Source of the DNA: Candidatus Woesearchaeota archaeon
GTDB lineage: Archaea > Nanobdellota > Nanobdellia > SCGC-AAA011-G17 > JACPNG01
NCBI GenBank assembly: GCA_018303365.1
Contig: JAGVYI010000021.1
Location: 1 to 54,838 of the forward strand
Direction of reading: 5' to 3'
Length of the DNA stretch: 54,838 bases
Part shown: one piece after another, positions 26,077 to 36,132 of the stretch
Position numbering within the stretch: the stretch's first letter is position 1
Layout: every line of letters begins with the position of its first letter
The notes under the pieces: generated by a model
Told to the model about the DNA's origin: nothing
Database searches by the model: none
Seen by the model: the letters and a program-made list of their open reading frames with translations, nothing else
Made by a program: the position numbers and the translations under genes

Positions 26077-29000
26077 TTATTGTGCTGGTTGTACCTTAAT
26101 TGTTCTTTCGTTTCCAAACACATCCTGACACCTGACAGTGTACGGCTCTCCTGCCCAGTTTGCCTGATGCTCTTTGCCTTCGTCTATCATTGGTGTTCCT
26201 TCTCCAAACCTAAAATTATCTGTTGCTGCATATTCGCATATTGCATCTTCACTTGTTTGAATGTGTAAGATTTGCTTGTTATTTTCAAGATAAATTCCAG
26301 TAATTATTGGAGCGTCTAAGTCTACACGAACATTGACTGTTGTCTGACCGTCTGCCTCATTTCCTGCGTCATCTCTGCATTTTACATTGAATGCATACCT
26401 TCCTGTTTGAAGAGTTTCAAATGTTTGAGTATGGATGCTTTGTCCGGTATTCTTGAATGGGGCCATACTTTCAAAAATCGTATCTTCTCCACCATATCCA
26501 CAGATTGCCTGTCCGTTTCCTGACCCCCCTCCTGTCTCTACAGTTAAAGTTAGGTTGTTTACAAACAACGTTCCACTTGGGCTTATTTCTTTTATGGTTA
26601 GGGATAGTGTTCCTATGATCGTGAATTCAAATGCTTCTTCGTTTGTATTTCTCTGGTCTTCTGGAGCACTTGGCTTATCTTGGCACTTAAAGAAGAACTC
26701 ATTTTCGTCTTCTATAAGTCTTGTTAGTGTTGTTTGACATTCGTATAATCCGCGCAGACTTGGTGATGTTGCAAATGAGCTTCTTGCGCAGTTGAACTCT
26801 TCTTCGAGATCATTGTACGGTTTATCTGCTCGTGACCAGCGACATAGACTTGGTTCGTTTACATAAATACTTAGTGGAGCTTCCTCTGTTCCATGGGGTA
26901 TAAATGCTCCGTTCTGAATACTCGTCCTCTCGATTTTCGGTGCAGTGAGGTCTGGTCCTGGTTTTACCCTGAATTTTATAAAATAGTCTCTTTCATTTTT
27001 GTTTCCAGTGGCGTCTTGGCAGCGGATATAGATTGTATTTACCCCGCCATTTGTTATTCTTAATGCATCTTCTGCCACTAATTCACTTGTTATCCCTAAT
27101 GCAGTGGTGTGATTATAAGAGAATGCAGATGCTCCGAAGTATCTATTCATCATGTCTTCAAATCTTATTGAATGATTTGTATCGTACTTGCACTGTGCCG
27201 GCTCGTTTGTGTTGATGCCGATTGTTATCGGACTGAATGGCTCTATTCTTTCGTTTATTTGGTATCCTTTGTTCCCCTGCTCTGTTACTTCCCTTAAGGT
27301 TAATCCCCTTGCAAGGTCTTCTGGCGCAGGACTAATAATTGGGGAGTTCACATCATTCGGATTTAAGTTTACACAACGCTCTTCACTTGTTCCCTGATTG
27401 ATTAAGCCACAAAGTTGTCCCAAGGATTTACAACGATACTCTGAGCAGGGCAAGTTTCCCTCATTGCAGAGTTCACATTTGTTTCCTCCTGTTGGCGCTT
27501 GCCAGGCAGAGCATTGAACTGCATAAGTTACTTCTTTTACTTGTTCTGTTGCGGCATTGATGATGCTTGCTATTGATATTGCTATAAAGGCCGGTCCTAT
27601 GAATCCGATAGGATTTAGACCTACTCCTGCAAATGGATTAAAGAGTGCGCTGAACCCTCCTACTGGTGCTAATATAGCTGGTGATCCTCCCGCCACACTA
27701 CCTGTTACTGCTGTTGCTACAAGACCTCCCACCTGCTTTCCTGCAAATGCCGCAACAAGGGTTGTTGCTGTCAGTCCTCCAAACCCAATTGCTCCAGAAA
27801 CACCAAGTCTTCTTACAAATCCTGCTTTGGTATAATCTTCATCTGAAATTGTTGAGAGCGTATCGAAATCCCCGATATCTTCTCTTGTCAGGGCGTATCC
27901 GTGAAAGAAATTCCTTTCTTCTGAAGCTGTATTCCCATATCCATCTAAAGTTATGTCTCCTGCAATGTTGTAATATGCCCCACAATCTCCAAGGCTTTTA
28001 CAATAATTATTTCCTGCGACAACCCAGTCTTTTGTTATGCACTGGCAATTATTGACACATTCCCAATCATCCCCTGCAAATATTCTTGTAACTGCTCCTT
28101 TCTTCTTGAATGTGACTGTGCACTCTTTATTTCCAATATCACAAGCACTTTCTGCGTTTGTAGTGGGGGTTCTTTGGATTGCAGATGGAACTCCTTCTCT
28201 TTGGGACTGCTGGTTTGTATTCTGCTGCGTCTCTCCAGACCAGAATGCAAGGCCTGGCGGTACTTGTGGAACGCATACTCCTGCGTTTGCAGGTATGACT
28301 GCGTTTCCATCCTCATCAGTATTGGGTGTTGTTATAATCCCAGCTTCAAGCCAAGAGCAATCCCTTTGTGCGTTGTTTTCACAGCATTTTCTTGCACAAC
28401 ATGCAGTTTTTTCTGCACCTGAGAATTGGTCGCATTCTGAACCACATGTTTTTACATCATTGCATGTTTGGCATGTCTCCCACCTATTGTCCCTACACGC
28501 AGCTTCTACGTATTCCCCTCGTGCTTTGAAACTTTCCTGGGTTCCTAGGATGTCTTGTCCTAATACCCCTTGTACACAAATTTCTTCTCTAAAGTCGCGG
28601 CATGGTTCAATTATCTCTTCCCCATTTATACAAGTGTTTCTAAAGTGGCGTGAGCCGACGAGATCTTTTCCTTGTCCGACATCACCATCATATAAACACC
28701 AACTCTCTCCATTTTTCTTTGTCCCTCCACTACTTGGACTACTATCATCATCTAATGTGGTCTGGCAGTCTATGCTTTGACATATATATTCTCCAAAGGC
28801 GGGAGTTATGCTTCTTGGTGCCTTTTTGCACAGTGTTCCCTGGGCATAATTGCAGTTTCCACAAGAGGGGTCATTTACCCCCCCTTGACAGCTTCTCTCT
28901 TGCTGCAGGACAAATCCTCCATTGTAAGCGCGTTCTTTGTTTGCATCATATATATTTTCTGGATTTCCACAGGAATCAAACCAGTAAACATCTTCTTCAA

Positions 29001-29673
29001 AGCATCCTGTTCTTTGCTGGGGGGCACATTCAGTTCCTAGTTCCTGGTTACTACAAAGGGTATCTTTATGAAACCCCACCCTCACAGTTCTTGTAACATT
29101 GCCCCCTAGTTCTCCTTCTTGCTCCTGCGCATTGCACGTCTCTCTTGTAGTAAACTGACATGTTCCATCTGGTATTACACAGGCCCCTTTGTCTTGGCTT
29201 CTGCTTTTATCAATGCAGGCCTGCTCTGTTGTTATTGTTTCATCAAAACTTATTTCTGCATTTGGAAAGTTGCTTGCTTCCCGTCTGCATTGCGTCTGGG
29301 TTACAAAGAAACTTTCTGTTCCTACAATGCAGCATCCTCTGGTACACTCTGAAACCTGACACTCAGACTGCGGCCTCCACGTACCACCTTGGTTTTCGCA
29401 AGTTGCTTGCGGAGCGTTTTTGTAACATATCCCTTTTTGTGCATCCACGCAACACCCTATTTGGCAGTAGGATGTTTCTTCACAAGTTGTCGGGACTGCG
29501 AATTTTCCACTACTGGTATCGCAGTTGCTGATCTCTGTGTATACACAGGAGTCTCCGTTTAGTGTCTCTTGGCAACATGCTCTTTGCTGGGCGTAGGCTG
29601 CTACTTTTGGGGCTATTAAAAATAACCCCAAGAAAAGTAATATCATTACTAAGGTATGCACGCTTTCTTTCAT
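26077..29673 (-). CDS. Large secreted Cys-rich protein (paralog A) with central hydrophobic segment and C-terminal Ig-like repeats
   Basis: Sec signal peptide; GCC repeats; VYWFDSCGN; NGESWC..GSRHFR..EPCRDFREEICVQ; Gly/Ala hydrophobic stretch; WQAPTGGNKC..CSEYRCKSLGQ; four repeats of the type T.E...C.Y..Y..RCQD..GN. Confidence 0.85.
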   Translation of the reverse strand: MKESVHTLVMILLFLGLFLIAPKVAAYAQQRACCQETLNGDSCVYTEISNCDTSSGKFAVPTTCEETSYCQIGCCVDAQKGICYKNAPQATCENQGGTWRPQSECQVSECTRGCCIVGTESFFVTQTQCRREASNFPNAEISFDETITTEQACIDKSRSQDKGACVIPDGTCQFTTRETCNAQEQEGELGGNVTRTVRVGFHKDTLCSNQELGTECAPQQRTGCFEEDVYWFDSCGNPENIYDANKERAYNGGFVLQQERSCQGGVNDPSCGNCNYAQGTLCKKAPRSITPAFGEYICQSIDCQTTLDDDSSPSSGGTKKNGESWCLYDGDVGQGKDLVGSRHFRNTCINGEEIIEPCRDFREEICVQGVLGQDILGTQESFKARGEYVEAACRDNRWETCQTCNDVKTCGSECDQFSGAEKTACCARKCCENNAQRDCSWLEAGIITTPNTDEDGNAVIPANAGVCVPQVPPGLAFWSGETQQNTNQQSQREGVPSAIQRTPTTNAESACDIGNKECTVTFKKKGAVTRIFAGDDWECVNNCQCITKDWVVAGNNYCKSLGDCGAYYNIAGDITLDGYGNTASEERNFFHGYALTREDIGDFDTLSTISDEDYTKAGFVRRLGVSGAIGFGGLTATTLVAAFAGKQVGGLVATAVTGSVAGGSPAILAPVGGFSALFNPFAGVGLNPIGFIGPAFIAISIASIINAATEQVKEVTYAVQCSAWQAPTGGNKCELCNEGNLPCSEYRCKSLGQLCGLINQGTSEERCVNLNPNDVNSPIISPAPEDLARGLTLREVTEQGNKGYQINERIEPFSPITIGINTNEPAQCKYDTNHSIRFEDMMNRYFGASAFSYNHTTALGITSELVAEDALRITNGGVNTIYIRCQDATGNKNERDYFIKFRVKPGPDLTAPKIERTSIQNGAFIPHGTEEAPLSIYVNEPSLCRWSRADKPYNDLEEEFNCARSSFATSPSLRGLYECQTTLTRLIEDENEFFFKCQDKPSAPEDQRNTNEEAFEFTIIGTLSLTIKEISPSGTLFVNNLTLTVETGGGSGNGQAICGYGGEDTIFESMAPFKNTGQSIHTQTFETLQTGRYAFNVKCRDDAGNEADGQTTVNVRVDLDAPIITGIYLENNKQILHIQTSEDAICEYAATDNFRFGEGTPMIDEGKEHQANWAGEPYTVRCQDVFGNERTIKVQPAQ

Positions 29674-30444
29674 TTATCTTGGTTCACCTTGGACTGCAAA
29701 TTGGAAGGTATATGGGCTTCCTTCTTTTTTTATTATGTATATCTTGTCTGGATAAGGCCTTTGTTTGTATATCTTTATTCTTCCTTTCTTGTCAATCATG
29801 TAGAATAAAGTCTCAAACTCTCCGTCTGTTGTCTCTGCATCAAGAATATCATTTGTTACCTCTAGTATCTCCCCCAGTGGCACTTCTAATTTTGTTTGTA
29901 CTTCTTCTAGGCTAACTCTGTTGTTACTTGCTACCAAAGTTATCGGAGCCTTTACTGTTACCTGCACTTCTTCTCTTCTAATTGTTGTGTTGATTGTCCT
30001 TTCATTCTCTTGGATATTATAAGGTCTTAGCTGTCCAAAACTTTGTATGTCAAGGCATCCTTCAAGGACATTACTTATTTCTGTCGCTATTTCTTTTTCT
30101 ATTTCCTGAGATGTTCTGAGACGGTTGTAACATGCTTCTGTCTGTGGTATGTTAAAACATAGATAACTTACTTTAGAATCATTCCATAATCTGAATGTAT
30201 CCTGGGCTGGCTGAAGGTATCCTCCTTGCTTTCCAATTTTGTTAACTATTTCTAATAGTCCATAATCATTCTTACCACGTTGCACACATTCTTCAATGTG
30301 ATTTCTTATTGAAACTAGTTCTCCTTGGAGGTTTTCTGTTGTTGTTGGTAGCAGTACGGTCCTCCTTGCAAAAAAGAATAGCGAGGCTAGGGCAATAAGA
30401 ATAATTCCCAATACGACAAAGATTGTTACCTGCCCCTTTTTCAT
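29674..30444 (-). CDS. Class III signal-peptide (type IV pilin-like) protein
   Basis: MKKG|QVTIFVVLGIILIALASLFFF; IGKQGGY; conserved-looking Cys; TATA-like TTTATATA at ~30467-30474. Confidence 0.85.
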   Translation of the reverse strand: MKKGQVTIFVVLGIILIALASLFFFARRTVLLPTTTENLQGELVSIRNHIEECVQRGKNDYGLLEIVNKIGKQGGYLQPAQDTFRLWNDSKVSYLCFNIPQTEACYNRLRTSQEIEKEIATEISNVLEGCLDIQSFGQLRPYNIQENERTINTTIRREEVQVTVKAPITLVASNNRVSLEEVQTKLEVPLGEILEVTNDILDAETTDGEFETLFYMIDKKGRIKIYKQRPYPDKIYIIKKEGSPYTFQFAVQGEPR

Positions 30445-30486
30445 TTTCTTATTCCTTTTTACGGATTATATAAATATTTTGTCTTT

Positions 30487-33400
30487 TTACGGGTGGATTA
30501 CCATTTCTTGCATTCTGTTCTGTTTTGCATCTTCACAGATTAAGTGATACTCTGCTGCTTCTAGTCCTATTATAAATTGTTCCTGTTCTTGCCCTATTAT
30601 CGTACCTTCTTCATAACTAAACGACTTTGTGTCTATTTTGCAAGTGCCTTTTTCATTTAGAATTATTACTAGCTGACCCTGTTCTTTGTATATATTCTTT
30701 ATTTTCGGAGGGGTTCTATCTTGCTTTATTTCAAAACTTACCTCGCGTTGCGCTTGGTTCCCAATTTCATCTTCGCACCTTATCGGAATGTTATACTTGC
30801 CTTCAGGCAAGGTAAGTTGCTGAATGTGGACTGTGCTTTGTGTATTTTTCATGTTGACCCAATGTCCACCTTGTATTTGCATTTGACATATTGCTTTGCC
30901 ACCTTCCGCCCCACCTGTTGTTTGTATTTCAATGACAATCTCATTTTCAAGAAGTTCACCTTGTGGCTGGATTCCTGCGATTAGTAGTTCGCTTGTTTTT
31001 TCTATTCTTTTTTGTATTCCTTGGGTGTTTATATTTCCTTGCTGGTCCTGGCATCGGATGTAATATGTTGTTGTCTGGTCCAAGTTTATGTTTGTGCTAC
31101 ATATATATTTTCCATTACTTCTAGGGGTTTGATCGCAAAGAAGTGGGTCACCCATATCTTCAAAAGGGGCATCTACTTTTGCATACCTGCACACTGCTTG
31201 TTCGTTAACCTGAACTTCTAAGATTGTTTGGTCAACTCCGTTTGGAAGCTTGTCTGTTTCTCTTAGTAATTCTACTCTTGGAGGGCTTAGGTCTACAGTA
31301 CTTACTTGGTAGCTTATGCGATAATCTCTTTCATTTTTGTTTCCTGCTACGTCCTGGCATCGGATGTAAATATCTTTTTGTCCACCTGTACCTTCACTTT
31401 TTGTTAGTGAGTGGGTTGTTTTTAGACTTGACCCTTCTATTGTTGATATCATATCATCGAATCTTTGGTTTGGTTGGTTTGCATATTTACACTTAGCTAG
31501 CTCATCTGTTTCTATACCGAATTCAATTGTTTGGTGTATTTCTACTTCCGGGGTAATATCATATCCTACTTCCGTATTCCTTAGCTGAAATCCTTCTGTT
31601 AGTTTGCCTTGCAATGGTCTTATTACCGGGCTTTTTGTATCATTTCTTCCTGCGTTGAAACAAGACTGTCTTGTTGTGCCTTCATTTTCTGGGATGTACT
31701 GGCATGCTTGTCCTATGGACTTACAGCGATATTCTGTGCATTCTTTTCCATCTTGTCCGCATATATCACAATTTGCCCCTCCAGGCGGAGCTTGCCAAGG
31801 TTGGCATGTTACGCTATAGTGTTTTTCTTTTACTTTTGCAAATAGGTGGATTATAACAAAGAAAACCGCAACTGCGAGGACAATCCATGGTATTGCAGCC
31901 AGTATTGTTCCTGCTGCACTTGCTCCAGTAGCAGTGCTTCCTGCTGCAGCATTTGCTGCACTGATTGCATTTCCTGTTGCAAATTCTGCTATTCCAGTGT
32001 ATACCGGTGCTGCGGTTTCTGCTGCAGCTAAGCTTGAGAGTGTTACTGTTGCTGTGCCTGTTGTTGTGGCTGCGGTTCCTATTCCGATTGCTTTTCCAAG
32101 CAGGGCACTGATGCTAGGCAGGCCTATCTTTGGTCCAATAATTCCAAGTGTTGCGAATCCTAGTTGGATCCATGCTTTCGTAGGGACAGCATCTAGTCCT
32201 CGATATTGACTTGCATCAAAGTCTTCTGTGCTTAGTCCTCTTCCTGCGCTTTGCAGCTTTACAAATTCTTCTTGTTGTGGCGCTCTTGGTGGGTTTGTCT
32301 CCAGTCCTTCTTTTGTATAATCTCCGTCGACATTGTAATATGCTCCACAATCTCCAAGGGATATGCAATATGCATTTGCTTGGTCTATCCATGGCTGCCT
32401 TTCACATTCACAATTAGCTTCACATTTCCAGCTGGAAAGCAGTGTGCGTTTTACGTAATAAACTGTGCACTCTTGGCTTGCTTGACTACAAATTTCTTTA
32501 GCATCTTCTACATGGACCTGCCCTGTTGTTTTTGTTTCCCAGAACTTTAGACCAGGTGGTACTTGGGGTATACACCTTCCTTGGTTTTCGTTTCCAATCC
32601 AGCTACAGCTTTTCTGTGGATCTAGACAACACTCTCTATCCTCTTGAGACTTTTGCTGAAATTCCCTATTGTTCCTTGCATCTTTTGCTGTGTTGCATGT
32701 GGTTGCACATTCTTCCCAATTGTTTGTTACACACAATGCTTCATTATATGTTCCCCTTCCTGTTCCAGTTACTCTTGTTTGTACGCACGCCTGCTCACGA
32801 TAGTCTCTACAAGGTTCAATTACTTCTTCTCCGTTTACACAAAGTCTTCTAAAATGGCGTGAGCCAACGAGGTCTGTGCCACTTCCAGTGATTCCTTCAT
32901 ATTCACACCAGCTTTCTCCATTCTTTCTTAGTCCTCCATCGCCTTCTGTTGCAGGGCTGTTGTATGTTTGTAGGCAGTCAATGCTCTTACATACAAACTG
33001 CCCGTTTTCCTCGCCACATGTTAATCCTTGGTCATAACTGCACTCTTGAATTATGTCTTCTTTGTTATTACACGAATCGAACCAGTATATATCTCCTTCA
33101 AAACATCTTTTGTGATCTTTTGGTCTACATGTACAGGACTCAACTCTGCTACAATGCTGGTTCTGAAAGAAGTCTCCTTCTTGTTGTATACAATCCCCCC
33201 TTTTTTCTATGGTACACACGCCTTCTTTTTCACAACATCCTCCTTCTTCTTGCTGACAGAAACCAGCACATTCCTGTTCACTTAGGGTTTCCCTAAACTC
33301 TGAGTTTGCCCTCCCAAATGTTGCGGCTTGCCCAATACATTCCAGATTGGTTTCGATGCTGCATTGGTTTTCAATAATACAACATCCTTGCCTACATTCT

Positions 33401-33729
33401 TGGGTGTTACAATCCGCTCTTGGATCAAATATCCCCCCTTGATTTTTACAGGTTGCTTTTGGTGTGTTTGCTTGGCAGTTTCCTTCATTATTGCGGCAAC
33501 AGCCTACTTGGCAGAAATCAGTCTGAGCGCAGTTTAATCCTTGTACACTCCTGTAGTCTGGGTTACATTGTTCCTGACCTGTTTGTATGCAGGTTTCTCC
33601 TACGATGGTCCTTTCGCAACAGACTGTTTGTTTGGCATATGCCTGTTCTGGATTGTATACAGCGAATATTGTTAGAATGAGAATTATTATTTCTAAACAG
33701 GCTTTTACCTTTTGACCTCTTTGTTGCAT
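30487..33729 (-). CDS. Large secreted Cys-rich protein (paralog B)
   Basis: Collinear with 26077-29673: IYWFDSCNN, RKNGESWC..GSRHFRRLC..EPCRDYREQAC, CIPQVPPGLKFW, YCISLGDCGAYYN, Ala/Thr/Gly hydrophobic segment, WQAPPGGANC..CTEYRCKSIGQ, RCQD..GN repeats. Confidence 0.85.
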   Translation of the reverse strand: MQQRGQKVKACLEIIILILTIFAVYNPEQAYAKQTVCCERTIVGETCIQTGQEQCNPDYRSVQGLNCAQTDFCQVGCCRNNEGNCQANTPKATCKNQGGIFDPRADCNTQECRQGCCIIENQCSIETNLECIGQAATFGRANSEFRETLSEQECAGFCQQEEGGCCEKEGVCTIEKRGDCIQQEGDFFQNQHCSRVESCTCRPKDHKRCFEGDIYWFDSCNNKEDIIQECSYDQGLTCGEENGQFVCKSIDCLQTYNSPATEGDGGLRKNGESWCEYEGITGSGTDLVGSRHFRRLCVNGEEVIEPCRDYREQACVQTRVTGTGRGTYNEALCVTNNWEECATTCNTAKDARNNREFQQKSQEDRECCLDPQKSCSWIGNENQGRCIPQVPPGLKFWETKTTGQVHVEDAKEICSQASQECTVYYVKRTLLSSWKCEANCECERQPWIDQANAYCISLGDCGAYYNVDGDYTKEGLETNPPRAPQQEEFVKLQSAGRGLSTEDFDASQYRGLDAVPTKAWIQLGFATLGIIGPKIGLPSISALLGKAIGIGTAATTTGTATVTLSSLAAAETAAPVYTGIAEFATGNAISAANAAAGSTATGASAAGTILAAIPWIVLAVAVFFVIIHLFAKVKEKHYSVTCQPWQAPPGGANCDICGQDGKECTEYRCKSIGQACQYIPENEGTTRQSCFNAGRNDTKSPVIRPLQGKLTEGFQLRNTEVGYDITPEVEIHQTIEFGIETDELAKCKYANQPNQRFDDMISTIEGSSLKTTHSLTKSEGTGGQKDIYIRCQDVAGNKNERDYRISYQVSTVDLSPPRVELLRETDKLPNGVDQTILEVQVNEQAVCRYAKVDAPFEDMGDPLLCDQTPRSNGKYICSTNINLDQTTTYYIRCQDQQGNINTQGIQKRIEKTSELLIAGIQPQGELLENEIVIEIQTTGGAEGGKAICQMQIQGGHWVNMKNTQSTVHIQQLTLPEGKYNIPIRCEDEIGNQAQREVSFEIKQDRTPPKIKNIYKEQGQLVIILNEKGTCKIDTKSFSYEEGTIIGQEQEQFIIGLEAAEYHLICEDAKQNRMQEMVIHP

Positions 33730-33791
33730 CAGAATTCTTCTTTAGAGGTCTTTCGTTTAAATAGTTTGCTTTAAATTATATTTTAGAATCC

Positions 33792-34541
33792 TTAATCTGT
33801 TGAGACTCGTGGTGCTAATATAAATGAAAGCCTAAGTTTATCTTTGATGGTGTACTCGGTCTTTAGCGGATACTCTTTGTCAAATTCAAGTGTTGCCATG
33901 TCTGCTAACTTAGCTCCTTTGACTATTTTTTTAAGATATTCTAGTGAATACTTAGAAGGTATTTTTTCACTTCCGTTCAAGCTGATACTTGTTTTATCAT
34001 CTCCCTTTATTTGCATGTGGGCCGCGTTGAACTTGCTTTCTGCCTGAATTGAGAAGAGGCCTTTTTCTGCTTCAAACTTAACGGATTCTGCCACTACCCC
34101 CATATCTTCAATTGCTTCTTCAAGAAGGTTTGATGGTAGCTCTATTCTTGTTGAAAACTTTAGCTCGGGTATCTTTTGTTCTCTTCCCTCAGCTTCAATT
34201 AAAGTGAGTTTAAATGTCCTTGTTATTTCTCCCTTTATTCCTACAACAAGTTGGTTGTCTTTCTGGTCTATTCCTATCTCTAAGGTGTCTGAAGGTTTTG
34301 CTCTTCGTAGGATTTGTTTGAACTGGTCGAGATTTATGGCTATTTTAGTTTCTTTCTCTACACTGTATTCTACAAAAGCGCTTGCAAGCATATGGAATAT
34401 TACCATTGCTACATTTGCAGGATCCATTGCTATGAGTTCTATTCTGTTCTTGTCAATACTAATATTGACCTCGTTGACTAACTCAGAAATTATACTTATG
34501 CTCTCTTTGAGCAATCTTGGTTCTGCGAGTACAAATTTCAT
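33792..34541 (-). CDS. pcn: DNA polymerase sliding clamp PCNA
   Basis: AMDPANVAMV, KYSLEYL, EYPLK, SFILAPRV; start placed at MKFVL. Confidence 0.97.
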   Translation of the reverse strand: MKFVLAEPRLLKESISIISELVNEVNISIDKNRIELIAMDPANVAMVIFHMLASAFVEYSVEKETKIAINLDQFKQILRRAKPSDTLEIGIDQKDNQLVVGIKGEITRTFKLTLIEAEGREQKIPELKFSTRIELPSNLLEEAIEDMGVVAESVKFEAEKGLFSIQAESKFNAAHMQIKGDDKTSISLNGSEKIPSKYSLEYLKKIVKGAKLADMATLEFDKEYPLKTEYTIKDKLRLSFILAPRVSTD

Positions 34542-34598
34542 TTTTCCTATCCCCAAATCTAGATATATATTCTTTATTGTTATGTTTCCTATATTTTA

Positions 34599-34901
34599 TT
34601 ACTCTTTTTCCAGCTTTCTGAGCACTTCTTTATATACTTCTTTGTTAACTTTTGAGAAGTCCTGCACCACTTCTGCCTGGAGCTGCTTCTCCTCACTGCT
34701 TTCAAGCACGGTTCCAAATACCCTAATAAACTCTCCTAGACTTTGGTTTATATCCCCTCGGATTGTTATTTGCCCGGTGCCATCATCAATTAGAGAGGTC
34801 CCATTATCTTTTGCAACAATCGTTCCCGCAATTGCTACCTTTGTTTTAGGAAAATCCACTTTTATGATCTGCTTTATTTCAAATGGTCTTATTTCACTCA
34901 T
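34599..34901 (-). CDS. Small OB-fold protein (RPA small-subunit-like ssDNA-binding protein)
   Basis: KVAIAGTIV..LIDDGTGQI..FIRVFG..LQAEVVQD; ATG overlaps the TFS stop (TGATG). Confidence 0.75.
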   Translation of the reverse strand: MSEIRPFEIKQIIKVDFPKTKVAIAGTIVAKDNGTSLIDDGTGQITIRGDINQSLGEFIRVFGTVLESSEEKQLQAEVVQDFSKVNKEVYKEVLRKLEKE

Positions 34902-35215
34902 CAGTTGTAGCTTCTCCAACGATTTTTACATTTTACACATTCAAAGAAACGTGTTTCAGCTTCATCTCCAGCACGTGTCTGCACTGTCCAAAAATATGCT
35001 TCACCATGTTTACATCTAGGACACTCTTCTTTTGTCTTTGGGAGTGTCTCAATCTTTTTGTCAACCACCTCTATTTTCTCTTCTTTTCCTAGTTGCACTT
35101 TTTCTTCAATTATGACATTTTGTTTTTGCTTTGAAGAATATCCGCAGGCACAGGACATCCTTTTCCCATCTTTCTTTGGTACGAGTATGGCACCGCACCG
35201 TGGGCAAAATATCAT
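34901..35215 (-). CDS. tfs: Transcription factor S (TFS/RpoM)
   Basis: FCPRCG; CPRC..QTRAGDEAETRFFECVKC with the intact acidic DE hairpin. Confidence 0.95.
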   Translation of the reverse strand: MIFCPRCGAILVPKKDGKRMSCACGYSSKQKQNVIIEEKVQLGKEEKIEVVDKKIETLPKTKEECPRCKHGEAYFWTVQTRAGDEAETRFFECVKCKNRWRSYN

Positions 35216-35227
35216 CTTATTTTTCTC

Positions 35228-35800
35228 CTATATTCCTTTTCCTATTCCCAGTTTTTGGAGAGCCATCACCGCACTTATCTTCACCCAACCAAGGAACGGT
35301 ACTTTTAACCTAGCTTTTCCTACGATGTTTTCTGGAGAAACCCTTTCCTTGTCAGGAGATGGGTTGTTATCCCCTTTGGTAGTTTGAGGGTTCTTTGCAA
35401 CAACCCTATGAATTATCGGGATTGTTCTTGTATCCTCTTGTTTCATATATACTATGACCTCCCCCCTTTTTATGTTTTTTGACCCAGTAAGGACTATAAT
35501 GTCTCCTTTATTAAAACCATTTTTAAATGAATATCCTTTAAACTCTTCTTTTGTTATCCCTTCTTTTTCATACCATTTCCCGTTGTTCTCCCACCATATT
35601 TCAAATCCTTGGCTATTATGCTCCATGCTTCCAGAGACAACAGCAACTACTGGCAGGGGAGTTCCAAGTAATAGGCCTAATACTGGGTAGATTGCGAACT
35701 TTACGAGAAAAAAGGCAAGAACAATTGTGACTAACCAAGAGAGAAGGCTGTCTTCCTTCCATAAAAAGTGCCATATCCTTCGCACAGTCTTTGAGAACAT
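35228..35800 (-). CDS. sec11: Signal peptidase I (Sec11 type)
   Basis: VVSGSMEH, GDII, PIIHRVV, TKGDNN, VPFLGW. Confidence 0.93.
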   Translation of the reverse strand: MFSKTVRRIWHFLWKEDSLLSWLVTIVLAFFLVKFAIYPVLGLLLGTPLPVVAVVSGSMEHNSQGFEIWWENNGKWYEKEGITKEEFKGYSFKNGFNKGDIIVLTGSKNIKRGEVIVYMKQEDTRTIPIIHRVVAKNPQTTKGDNNPSPDKERVSPENIVGKARLKVPFLGWVKISAVMALQKLGIGKGI

Positions 35801-35837
35801 ATTCTGGGCTTTTCTGTGCCCTATAAAAAGATTTGTT

Positions 35838-36107
35838 TTATTTTAGACTTTTTTCAAACTTTTGCTTTACTTCCGCATTCTTCTTTTGCAGCCTTTGTGC
35901 TGCTTCTTTAAGACTCTTTTTTGGGTCTTTTGATTCTACAAATAGGATTGGGGTGTCTACTAGGGCATGTTTCATCTCATAGCCCGCTGCTTGAACGGTT
36001 TTATCTTCCCACAACTCTTTTCTTATCAGATTTACAAGGGTGTGTCCTTCTTTTTTTATTTCTATTTTAAGTGATTCTTTTTCTTTGTTTCGCACTTCAA
36101 TTTCCAT
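35838..36107 (-). CDS. rpoL: DNA-directed RNA polymerase subunit L (Rpo11)
   Basis: EGHTLVNLIRKEL..AAGYEMKHAL; start placed at MEIEV. Confidence 0.9.
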   Translation of the reverse strand: MEIEVRNKEKESLKIEIKKEGHTLVNLIRKELWEDKTVQAAGYEMKHALVDTPILFVESKDPKKSLKEAAQRLQKKNAEVKQKFEKSLK

Positions 36108-36132
36108 CCTTTCCCCTCTCAAGAAGCTGTTT

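Noticed and set aside
26080..33680. Antisense ORFs within the Cys-rich genes (e.g. 28037-28780)
   Set aside because: Fully overlap well-supported paralogous genes and have no independent motifs.
34204..35019. 271-aa + strand ORF
   Set aside because: Antisense to PCNA, the OB-fold gene and TFS.
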